Positions 1 to 12,069 of a DNA stretch of 64,000 nt are shown here, piece after piece. The first letter of the stretch is position 1, and each line of letters starts with the position of its first letter. The position numbers and the translations under genes were made by a program. Origin of the DNA: the human T2T-CHM13v2.0 reference genome, Homo sapiens; NCBI RefSeq assembly GCF_009914755.1, contig NC_060942.1; one strand, written 5' to 3'. The notes beneath the pieces were generated by a model that saw only the letters and a program-made list of their open reading frames with translations, ran no database searches and was not told the origin of the DNA.

Positions 1-169
1 AGTCAGTGAGACCATGAACCCACCAGAAGAAAGGAACGCCAGACACATCTGAACATCTGAAGGAACAAACTCCGGACACACCATCTTTAAGAACTGTAAC
101 ATCACCGTGAGGGTCCACGGCTTCATTCTTGAAGTCAGCGAGACCAAGAACCCACAAATTCCGGACACA
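1..169 (+). mobile_element. 3' end of LTR12 (HERV9/ERV9 LTR), truncated by the window edge
   Basis: Contains LTR12 motifs 'gagaccatgaacccaccagaag' and 'ggcttcattcttgaagtcagcgagaccaagaaccc', and ends in 'aattccggacaca'. Confidence 0.9.
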
Positions 170-236
170 AAATGAAAACACTACCTCAGAATTATTTCTT
201 TTATAGCACTTGTAATTGTTATTCCTAATGATTCTC

Positions 237-541
<305 letters not shown>

Positions 542-939
542 AATTCTCTGTTTTTAGAAAGAAAAAAATAACGGACCTTGCAAAAAGTTGTATATGAGTT
601 TCAGGGAGCATGGTAGCCACATGTTCTTTATTTCATGCTGGTCAGGTAGTTTGGCAAAGATGACATTCTTTGTTGATAAAGAATAGTCTTATTTAGACTT
701 ATAAGTTCATTTTATATAGCACTATTTTATAAAGCACACAAACATTAAAAGAATGCAGAACCAAATGGCATTTAAAGAGCTTTGCAATCCTAGAATTCTA
801 TGATTTTCTAATATGTGAATGACACTTGTCAAATAAGTATCAGTATAAACAAGTACAGCGTTCCCTGTAGATTCATGTCTGAAGAGGAAGAGAAATTCCA
901 AGATGTGTTGTGGCATACCTGAATGAGAAAGGACATTAG

Positions 940-1116
940 ACTCACAGACTGGGATTCAAACTCTCTCCCCACACTTAATGAACTCCCATGAGCAAGTTAC
1001 TTAAAATCTCTGCTTCAGCTTCAGCATCAACAAATGATATTTATTGTAACAGATTGTGGTGAGGTAAAGTGATATATACAAAGAACCTAGCAATACTAGA
1101 TGCTTTGTAAATATTA
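940..1116 (+). mobile_element. MIR SINE (diverged)
   Basis: 'ctgggattcaaac...gagcaagttacttaaaatctctgcttcag...gattgtggtgaggtaaagtga' resembles the MIR core. Confidence 0.65.
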
Positions 1117-1925
1117 CCAGGCTCCCTGCTTAACCAACTCCAAAGAAGGAATTGAGCAACTGAGTGAGTGTCTTAAAAATAGAGGACATGGAGCTCATTA
1201 AGTTTCTGACTTCTCATAAACATTCATATCTGGATAGGTATTTGTCTCTGGTATGTCCCCCAAATTTCTGCATGTAGTAAGAATTATCAAATAACTTCTA
1301 GTAATGCCAAATTTTAGTTTTTAATTCTATTAAACATTTTTCATTTAAAGGGATTGCTGACTTACCTAAAGTCACAGAAAATAAATAAAATTTTATAGTA
1401 GAAAATAGGTTTCTTGACTTTTAGTTCCAAGCACTTTTTTTCAAATATAAATATGCATGGAGGAGTTTAAGGCAATTCCGTCTGAATCTATTCCTCCCTG
1501 TCTCCCTTTGCTGCATGCTTCAATAGGAGGCTGTCAAAAGTGGCCTTTCTCAGCCCTTCCCATGTGGCTCATGGTGGGTGCAGCTTGCTACAGTAAGAAA
1601 CTGTCTTCTTGATGCGAGGAGAATCAGAGGAGTTAACCAAGCCCAGCCTTAACAAGTGGAAACCCAAGACTCAACAGCCAAGGAGAGGAAATACAAGTCT
1701 AAACTGCCTGAGATGTAATTACAGTGAGGCATCCTGCACCTGGATTTCAGAGTTTGGTGAACATTGCATTGGATTTGATAGAGAACAGATTTGGAACAAA
1801 GAAGAGGGTAATGAAGTAACTGCAATAGTGGCCCCAAGTCCTTGCCTGGCTGTGTTAAACTGAATTAAAGACCACAGACCAGACAGACAAATGCAATTAT
1901 ACTCATTTTAGTAAAAATTAAGTAG

Positions 1926-2292
<367 letters not shown>

Positions 2293-2989
2293 GAAAATGG
2301 AGGTATTAAAATAGGAAAAGTATATGCATAAACAAGTTGCTTCGGGGTATGTGGTCCTATGGTGGGGCAAGGAAGTGCAGATTAGAATAAGGGGATATCA
2401 GAGTGGGAAATTTCCAATGATCCAAAGATTTTATGATTATTTTGGGAATGGGGTATAAAAGGGAATGGGAAGGGGGCTAAAGAAGACCCATGTCCAAAAC
2501 AGAATCATTTCAAATGATTTCCCAAGTCTTCATGTATGTCTCCAAGTAAAACATTTTATGCTCTGCAGTGCTTTGTGTGTTAAAAGTTATTTTCATCAAC
2601 TGCAAAGTAGTGCCTCCTTTTTAAAATCAATAAATAGACAAATAATGTTTAAAGAAAAATTCTGTAAACCAACATGGGTAAGTTTTTTCAATGACTGATT
2701 TAAATTAGAGTTATCTTGCTAAACCAAAAAATAAGAATAAAAATCATGAAAATAAGGGTTTCCAATTTCACAACTTCCAACCCACGCTTTGCCTCATCAC
2801 CCTGGCTTCCATTTGAGAATTCGTCTCAGACAGATGGTAGTGAGTTAACAAGTCTAGACTGTAGGAGTATATATCTGCATTTGCATCTATATGATTATAT
2901 AGAATAATTTTTCACTGAAATGGCATGCATCATTGGGATGAGCTCCAGGACTTTACGACTTCCCTCTACTCAATTGAGTGTGGCATGTG

Positions 2990-3452
2990 TACAATTCACT
3001 CTGGCCACTACAAAAATTCTACCACAGCTGGAGTAAAGAGCAACAGCTGCTTGCCAGCACACGGCAACATGGCACAAGTTTAGAATCATAAATGAAGAAG
3101 ACAGCCTTCAATAGACACTGCAGGGGGAATTTAAAGCGAGAGGAAGCAATTAGCTGAACTGGAACAGAGCCAGGAAAGCAAGGCAAGATTCTCCCCAACT
3201 TTGGGAAGGAGAGTGCAATGTGTGATACATGAGCACTTTTCTAGTCTAGCTCACAGGCCAAGGTACTAGAACAGGATGAATTAGCCATAAGGTAATCCTG
3301 CTTGGATCAGTAAGGTAAAACAGCTGCCTGTCCTCAACCCAGAATACCTTTATTTTCCCCTAATAGGTCTCTTATCTAAGTATACACCCAGACCCAACCC
3401 TGTTTGGCTTATGAGATCCAACAAGATCACAGCTTGAGGGAGAAGGTCTGTA
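2990..3452 (-). mobile_element. AmnSINE1-like ancient SINE (5S rRNA head plus Deu domain)
   Basis: 3366-3428 matches the reverse complement of 5S rRNA (GGTCTCCCATCCAAGTACTAACCAGGCCCGACCCTGCTTAGCTTCCGAGATCAGACGAGATC) at roughly three-quarters identity by eye, then continues 'gatcacagc'. Upstream motifs 'actgcagggggaattta' and 'cagcacacggcaac...agtttag' resemble the AmnSINE1 body. Confidence 0.8.
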
Positions 3453-4195
3453 ACACTCTCTGACAGTGGTTGACTTGGCTTTTAATAGAAATGGGCAGAA
3501 ATGTAGAGACCTTGTACATTTGAACACACAAGATTGGCCAGCTTTCATCGCAAAAGCTTCTGAGCCTCTCCGTGGCAGCTGGAGTGAAGACCTATGAGCT
3601 GATCTGGAAAATACGTCCTTTCTTTCTAATGGGAGCCACCACATTGCGTTCCTTTAATTACACAGTGTCATGTCGTGTTCCCCTGTGAAATGACACGGAG
3701 GAACATGAGGTGACCTGGGATAACTGTGATGAATTGCATCCCGAAGAGAGGCTCGCTTTGAAAGGCGTCTGGTGTGGGAAGTAGGTACTTCTACTGCGCT
3801 ACATGTCTGTGAAGTCATGGATGATTTTCCCGTTGGGTATCACAAATATTTAATGGTAAGATTATGTGCATGCTGACAGAGGCTTTCTGCCAAGTTTTAT
3901 TTTATTTTTATTGGTGAAGCATAATGGAAATTTTATACTGAAAAGAATAAATATTATAATTATTAAGTAAATAAAAGTAGCACTTTCAAAGGGATTAGTT
4001 TTTCATAATCGGATTAGATGATGAAACTAGTATCAGACAGGGGTTCATTCTAACAGTAATTTGTTTCCTGAATTTGAAATTAGAAAGATCATTAAGAGGA
4101 AGTAACAATTGTCTAATCAGCCATTAGGTAGGATTATTTTCAAGAAGTTTTTTTGAAGTTTTAATACAGGCTAAAAGCAAACATCTAGATGTGAC

Positions 4196-4250
4196 CTAAA
4201 CAATATGGTTGTCACTAATCGCATGAGGCTTTTTAAAAGTAAATCAATCC
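4196..4250 (+). mobile_element. MER3 (hAT-Charlie) left portion, interrupted by an L1
   Basis: 'caatatggttgtcactaatcgcatgaggctttttaaa' resembles the MER3 start CCAATANGGTAGCCACTAGCCACATGTGGCTATTTAAA. Confidence 0.55.
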
Positions 4251-4254
4251 GGGC

Positions 4255-5575
4255 CATGTAAGGTCACCTAATTTTCAACAAAGGGGCCAAGAATGCACAA
4301 TGGGAAAAGGATAGTCTCTTCAATGAATAATTCTGAAACTGGATATCAACATGCAAAAGAATGGAATTGGGCCCTTTTCTTACAACTTGCACAAAAGACA
4401 ACTAAACATGAATTAAAGACTTAAGAAGAAGAACTAATACTTCAAAAATTCTAGAAGAAAATATAGGGAAAGATTACACTGGTCTTGGCAATGCTTTCAG
4501 GGAATAAAAGCAAAAATGAACAAGTGGGACTACATCAAACCAAAAATATTCTGTATAGTAAAGGGAATCACGAAGAGAGCGAATTGACAGCCTGTAAAAT
4601 TGGAAAATACATTTGCAAACCATATATTTGATATGAGGTTAATTTCCAAAATATGTAAGAAACTTGTACAACTCAATAGGAAAAAAAAACACAAAAAACA
4701 GAATGAAGCTGGGTTATTAAATTTAATTTACAAATGGGCCAAGAACTTAAACATTTCTCTAAAAAAGCAAACAAATGGCCAACAGGTCTATGAAAAAAAT
4801 GCTCAAGGTTGCTAATTATCAGGGAAATGCAAATTGAAGCCACAAGATATCATCTAACATCTGTTAGGATGGCTATGAAAAAAAAAGACAACTAGGTTTG
4901 ATGAGGATGTATAGAAACTGGAACTCTTGAATGCTTGGTAGGAATGACAAGTGGTGCAACTGCTGTGGAAAATAATATGTAGGTCCTCAGACAATTGAAA
5001 ATAAAATTACGTGATGATCCAGGAATCCCTTTTCTGGGTATTTATACAAAAGAATTGAAACTAAGATCTTAAAGAGATACTCCCATGTTCATTGCAGTAC
5101 TGTTCACAATAGCCAAGATAGAAAAGAAAAACAAATTCAATGTCTATCAAAAGATGAATGAATAAAGAAAATTGGCATAAACTTACACAATGGAATATTA
5201 TTTAGCTTTAAAAACATCTTGTAATATTTTACAACATAGATGAACCCTGAGGATACTCCACTATGTGAAATGAGTCAGTAACAAAAAGACAAAGACTGTA
5301 GGATTCCACATATATGCACTATTTAAAATGGTCAAACTCATCGAAGCAGAGAGCAGAGTGATGGTTGTCAGGGGCTGGGTGGAGGGAGGAATGGAGAGTT
5401 GCTATTCGATGGGTACAAAGTCTCTGTTTTGCAAGATGAATAGGTTCTAGAGATCTGTAAACACTGTGCCTATAGTTAACAATGCTGTATTTCATAGGTA
5501 AACATTTGTTGAGGATAGATCTAACGTTGTGTTCTGATCACAATAATAAAATAATCAAAATTTTTAAAAATAAAA
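4255..5575 (+). mobile_element. 5'-truncated old L1 3' end (L1MA9/10-L1MB1-like)
   Basis: ORF2 C-terminal homology ('ttttcaacaaaggggccaagaa', 'gtgggactacatcaaac'), 3'UTR 'gcaagatgaataggttctagagatctg' and an A-rich tail. Confidence 0.9.
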
Positions 5576-5727
5576 TAAATAAAATATTAAAACTAAACAC
5601 TCAGTTCCTAAGCTGCGGTAGCCACATTTCAAGTGTCATATGGTCACATTTGGCAAGTGGCTGGCATATTAGAAAGCATGGATACAAATCATTTCCATCA
5701 TGGCAGAAAGTCCTGAAAGACAGCCTG
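5576..5727 (+). mobile_element. MER3 right portion
   Basis: 'tcagttcc...tagccacatttcaagtg...catttccatcatggcagaaagt...gacagc' matches the MER3 3' half. Confidence 0.8.
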
Positions 5728-7624
5728 GATGAAAAAAAGAAAACAGAACATCATCTACATATTTCTGATTTTCACACATACATTGAAATGTACAGTAAAT
5801 ATCTGGATAATTAAATGTATTTTTTTAACTTTTGTGTTCAGATGTTTTCACAATATAGGCAAAGCTTCTTTCTTTTTGCCGTAGTTTTATTTTCTCTTAG
5901 CTTGCTATTATTTGTAAATGGTATGATTTCCCAACAAAATGTCAAGAATCCAGGTTCCCCCAGAATGCAAATGAGCACTATTAGTAGATAAAACCATCCT
6001 TGAGATTTAGTTCCCTGTGTTCTCAATAGAATGGAAACCTACTCACAGAAAGCCCACATAGAGAAGTTAGCAGAGTTTTTAGTTAGGAAAGACCAGCTCA
6101 TAATTTCTGAATCATGTCATTCATGATTCCATCTTCTTAACCATAGAATTACTTCTTACAAAAATACAAAAGCATCAGTCTATTTCTCTTATTCAGACAA
6201 AGAAGCAGGAACAATATTTATGGTTTTTAAAAGTTATTTATAAAATGTCCCTCCATGTAATACAAATATACTTTTGTAAATCATGTCTTAGAAAAAACAA
6301 TACCAAATTCAACATTCTTTCCAGGCATTCATATTTTCCCCTGATAAAAGCTTTTAAAGATGATTAGAGAAAATATTTTTTCCCATTTCACAGATAGGAA
6401 AAATAGTAACTGCACCACTTGGTGACAGACCTAGGAGTAGAAAATAGAAAATTTGACATAAAAAAACAAGGTGTTCCATAAGTTGAATTTTCACGTTTCC
6501 CACCTTGAGACTCAGGTTCAGAGAATCTCAATAGCACAGAACTGAGAGCAGAAGAAATGGGATTTTACGCATTGAGTGGTGAGTAACTCCCAGCTCCTGT
6601 CTTAAAAAAAAAAACAACCCACCTTTTTCTTTGTGGGAGGGCATGACATGGTTTATACAAGCAAGTGGTACTGTTTCTCTCCCCAGATGCATTATTATTA
6701 GTAATGTGATTTTACTAATAAGGTGTGGCTAGCTTTTTAATATACTAAACAAGTACAAGAAACTACATAACTTACTGTGCCTTTAACATTTTATAATTAC
6801 AAGCTAGAAGCTATTGGAATGAGGTGGGTAAGGGTGAAGCATTGTACTAAAGCTGGAAAAAAATCAATACCTGCTCCTGAGATAGGGTGCTTGACCAGAA
6901 AGGATATTACAAGATACAAAGGAGCACATATGAAATACTATTTCTCTGATTTTGTTTTTAATCTTATTGCATCAGCAGCACAAAACACACATCAGGTAGA
7001 CCTACAGAGGCACCATAATTCATTGTTGATTTCATGAGATTATCTGCATGTGTATGAAATGTAAATTGTATATTAATTTCTGAGATTTCCTTTCTCCTAG
7101 GAATTAGCACCCCCCTTTTAAATGAGAAAATCCTATAAAAGAGAACTGATAGAACTTTACATGGTAGACTATTTAATCTCCCACTGTTAGCCTAGTAAAT
7201 TTGGGCAAGCTATTTTAGTTCTTTGAGGTTCAGTTAACTCACAGACATAAAATAATTTGAACATTAGTCTCTAAATCCCAGCTCTACAATTCTGTGAGTA
7301 TATAATTTCCTAAATTGACCATTTCTGATAGGATTTTCATGTCACCTTTTTTTAAATAAAATATTGGAACTCAATTAGAAATCTCTCATTCAGGCTTTTT
7401 GCTTACTGTTAACATCAGCACTTGCTGTACAACAAGGACATGCCACATATGCTCCCAGTTCCACCTCCCTGGCAATACTTGCAGCCTGAGCCTGTTCTGC
7501 TCTAGAAAACACATCTAACACTGAGCCCTGACCTCTCCCACATCACTCTGCTTTTCTAAGATCATCTTTCCTTTGATCAAAATAAATTCTGGCCTATTGG
7601 CTTAATTTTCATGAAATAATAGAT

Positions 7625-7790
7625 TAAGTGTAGAAGGGATTTTAATGACCTTACACAAGCATATCATCTTACAGATGAAGAAACTGAGACCCAGAAGAGC
7701 TTAATGATTGCTCAAAGTCCTCAAACCAGTTAAAGACAGATCCAAGATTAAATGGGGCCTCCTGATTAATGTTCAATGGTTTTTAGAGTA
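7625..7790 (-). mobile_element. MIR SINE (MIR3/MIRc-like)
   Basis: 'ttacagatgaagaaactgagacccagaag...ttgctcaaagtc'. Confidence 0.7.
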
Positions 7791-8393
7791 TTGTATTCAC
7801 TTTTTAACTTCTATCCTGAATATATTATCAATGTTTCTTATGGCATTAAGTTCATCTAGTAGGCAAAAATTCCCCAAGAAATACCCTCTCAGAATAGTTT
7901 TATGTCTTTGTTCATGAATATGCTCTTTCAATAGGATACAATCAATCAGAAAAGCTGATTCCTGGCACCCGCTTTCTGTAACAGTGATGGTGTCACCTAG
8001 AATGTGAGCAAAGGATTGGCCAGGTATAGAACACTACCAGCTATGTGCCACTTTGATCTGTTTGTTTGTTTAGTTGTTTGTTTATATTGCTGAAGGCAGT
8101 AGAATTGTTTACTTAGGTCACACATTTCCCAGTGTATATATAGAAAGATTGTTTATTTATATGTGTATGGTCTAGCATTAGTCATTGAACTGCAATTAAT
8201 CATGTTGCTGCTAGAAATGCCTTTGAATGTTGCTATTCTTATGTACTAAAGGTAAAATATACTTTAGTGAACATGACTTCAGACTACCTCATTTTATACA
8301 GTAAATACTGGATCTCTGGTAACGCCTTTGATTTTCTATCCAGAGTCTTACATACTGCAATCTGTTTTCCGTGGGAAGTTGATTGTGCCATGC

Positions 8394-8783
8394 AGATGAT
8401 CTGGAAAGATTTACTAAGTGAATGGATTCATGGGTAAGAGACATGTTTTAAGTCTTTATTTTCCTAATAGTAAAAATATAAATTTATGTTCTTCAATATA
8501 CACTCTTATAAGAACAACAAATAAATTATAAAGTGGTCAGCTACTCAGGTTTAAGATTTCCTATAGACTGTATTATAATAATTTTCTTAGATGATCTGGA
8601 AAGATTTACTAAATGAATGGATTCATGGGTAAGAGACATGTTTTAAGTCTTTATTTTCCTAATAGTAGAAATATAAATTTATGTTCTTCAATATACACTC
8701 TTATAAGAACAACAAATAAATTATAAAGTGGTCAGCTACTCATGTTTAAGATTTCCTATAGACTGTATTATAATAATTTTCTT
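8394..8783. repeat. 195-bp head-to-tail tandem duplication (2 copies)
   Basis: 8394-8588 and 8589-8783 are identical apart from 3 substitutions. Confidence 0.97.
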
Positions 8784-9189
8784 ACCATTGGTATCTCCTA
8801 TTATACTATAATTTATTCATGGGTAAAGAATATATTTATTTGCAGTTTTTGTATACGTGACCTCTAAGAGCAATTTTGTTCAGTTGGCTTTTCATCATCT
8901 GCAGAATCTCCCCTGCAATCTCCAGATGTAATCTCCAGTAATCCAACAGTTCTAAATATTTGCCCATCTGAAGAAGTTCATAAGCCAGAGAGAGAATAAT
9001 ACTGAAATAGCAAAATGTAAGAATTCAAGCACAGTGAAATAATCAAAGTGAAGAAAATAGACAAATACCTGTTATTAAAACAATCTACTTCAGAGAATAT
9101 AAGAGACTCGATATATTAAAAACTTACAACTGGAAAGCACAAAGGTCCTGGATGAATCACATGAAAGATATTTTTGAATACATCAATGA

Positions 9190-10855
9190 TAACAAAAGAC
9201 AATCAATGTAATTTACCACATCAATAAATTAAGAAGAACAATGAAATAATTATGTCAATAGATGAGTAAAAGCATTTGGCAAAATCTGACATCCATTCCT
9301 GTTCTAAAAAAAAAAAATCTTAGAAAACTAGGAATACCAGAGAACTTCATTAGCTTAATAAAAAAATCTACAAAAAAACTATGGCTAACATTATATTTAA
9401 TGGTGAGAAACTAGAAACTTTCTCATTAGGATTGGAAAGAAGGCAAAGATGTCACATATTATCATTTGTGTTTAACAACATATTGGAAGTACTAGGTAGT
9501 GCAATAAATATGAAAAATAAAGGTATACATATTGGGAAGGAAAAAATAAAACTATCTTGTTTACAAATGACGTACTCATCTATATAGAAAATTCTACAGA
9601 ATTGACAAAGAAAAAACACAAACAAACAATTTATTCAACTGATATTTGATGCAAACAAAAACAAAAGTTCTGTAACTTTTAAGCAATTATAGCAAGGTCG
9701 CAGGATACAAGATTAATATACAAAATTTAATTGCCTTTCTAAATTGTAGTAATAAACAATTAAATTGAAACATGCCATTTACAATACCAAACAAAGGAAA
9801 TACTTAGATATAAGACTAACAAAATATGTATAATATCTACATGTGAATAATATAAAACTCTGATAAAAAATCAAAGATATAAACTGGAGATATATTCCGT
9901 GTTCATGAATTAGATGACAATATTATTAACATATCAGTTTTTCCTACTTGATCTATAGTTTCAATGTAATCAATATCCAAGGCGGATATTTTGTGAATAT
10001 TTATAAACTGATTCTGAAGTTTAAATGAAGAGTCAAAAAGACATTATAATAGCCAACACAATACTGAAGGAAATAAACATAGTTAGAAGACTCACACTAC
10101 TCAATTTCATTATTTATTATAAAGCCATAGTAATCAAAACACCACGTTATTGATAAAAGAATTGACTCACATGTCAATGGAATGGAATAGGGTGCCCAGA
10201 AATAGACACGCACAAATATAGTCAACTGATGTTTGACACACACACACATGAAATAGTAATTCAATGGAGAAAGGATATAGTGTTTTCAACAAATAGAACT
10301 GGAATCACTATATGTTTATGTGAAAAAAATGAACCTAGACACAAACCTTGCATCTTTCAAAAAATTAACCAAAAATAGATTGTAGACATAAATGTAAATG
10401 CAAAATTATGAAATAATTAAAAGAAAACTTAGTAGAAAATCTACATGATCTTGCGTTTGGTGATAGTTTTTAGAAACAAAACCAAAAGTATGATCTATAA
10501 AATAAAAAAAATGTAGATTTGGACTTCACTACAAATAAAAACTTCTGCTCTGTGAAAGAGATTACTAACAGAATAAATAGACAAACCACATATTGGGGGA
10601 AAATATTTTTGAATTGTTTATGTGATTAAAGATTTATATCCAAACTCCTTAAACTCAACAATAAAAAGACATACAACTCAATAAGATATGGACAAAAATT
10701 AGAACAGAGACCTCGCCAAAGAAAACACACAGATAGTAAATAAACATATTAAAAGATGCTCAAAGTCATTTGCAGTTGGAGAATTAGGTATCAGAACAAC
10801 AATGAGATGCCACTACCCACCTTTTGGAATAGCCAAAACACCAAAACACACACAC

Positions 10856-10899
<44 letters not shown>

Positions 10900-12065
10900 A
10901 CCTGAGAATACTAATTTCTTGTGAGGATGCAGAGCAACAGAAATTCTCAATAATTGCTGGTAGGAATGTAAAATTTTATAGCCATTTCCAAAGACAATTT
11001 GGCAGTTTCTGCCAACTAAATGTTTAGTTCTGTAGAACTAAACATTGTCGTCTTATGCCATGCAGCTGATGCTCTCCTAAGTATTTAGCCAACTGAAGTG
11101 AAAACATATATCCTCACAAAAACCTGCATGTGATAGCTCATGGTAGCTTTATTCATCTCCACTATAATCTGGAAGCAGCCAAGATGTCTTTCAATAAGTG
11201 ATGAATAAGCAAACTATGATACATCCATAAAACAGAATATTATCTTATGATAAAAAGCTATGAGCTATCAAGCTATGAAAACACATGGCTAAATCTTAAA
11301 TACCTATTGTTATGTAAAAGATTACATGATTCCAAGATCAATGGTTGCCAGGAGGATGTGGGAAGGTATGTAAGCTTGAATAGGTGTAGTACAGGCGATA
11401 TTTTAGGCTGTGAAAGTATTTTGTATGATATTGTAATTGTGGATGACACTATACATTTTTCATAACCCACAATCCTTACAGCACAAAGAGTGAACCCTAA
11501 GCATGCAAATTAAAAAATAATCATTTTGGCAGTGGGCTATGTCAAAGAGACACAGGAACCAAATAAAAAGAACTTTCAGTAGCAGAATCTGTCAGACCAG
11601 AAGAACAAAGTGGAAAAAAAAAAAAAAAAAAAAGAGCTGGCAGAATTTAAAATGATTGAGTGAAAAAAAATTAAATGTATTTGGTTTTACCTCAAAGAAT
11701 AGAATGTTTATCCATGAGTCCTTACTGGTATAAATAAATAATTTAATAAATAAATTTGTGAGCAGGGAATAGAAATATCTTTTGTCAAAAATAACTCTAA
11801 ATAATGTAGGTAGATACTCTACCTCCAAAGAGGTGGAGTATAACTTCACACTGCATAAGTGTTGGTTATGCATAGTGACTTCCTTCCAAAGAGTACAGTA
11901 TAGAAAAAAATAATAATTTTATATTGAATAAACAACATTATTTCAGCCAACGATCAAGTTTAACATCAGCAATCATGAGTACTGGTGACAGTTTTTCTAT
12001 CACTGATGTGATGTGATGAAAATGGCACTTCTGTAGTCTTCTTCTCTCAAACCCAAAACTTGTAT
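9190..12065 (+). mobile_element. Old L1 (L1MC/L1MD-like): ORF2 from the RT region onward plus 3'UTR pieces
   Basis: ORF 9381-9587 'ANIIFNGEKLETFSL...NNILEVL' is an L1 RT fragment. L1MC-type 3'UTR motifs include 'acagcacaaagagtgaaccctaa' and 'gtgacttccttccaaagagtacagtat'. Confidence 0.85.
10845..10895. repeat. (CA)n microsatellite
   Basis: Long CA run with one interruption, inside the L1. Confidence 0.95.
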
Positions 12066-12069
12066 TTAG

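Noticed and set aside
3366-3450. Functional 5S rRNA gene
   Set aside because: Partial and ~25% diverged, with no terminator, and joined to a SINE body.
8394-8783. CRISPR-like or repeat-spacer array
   Set aside because: Two abutting copies without spacers in eukaryotic DNA.
11815-11840. Hairpin tactctacctc-caaa-gaggtggagta
   Set aside because: Short, and largely inherent to the L1MC 3'UTR sequence.
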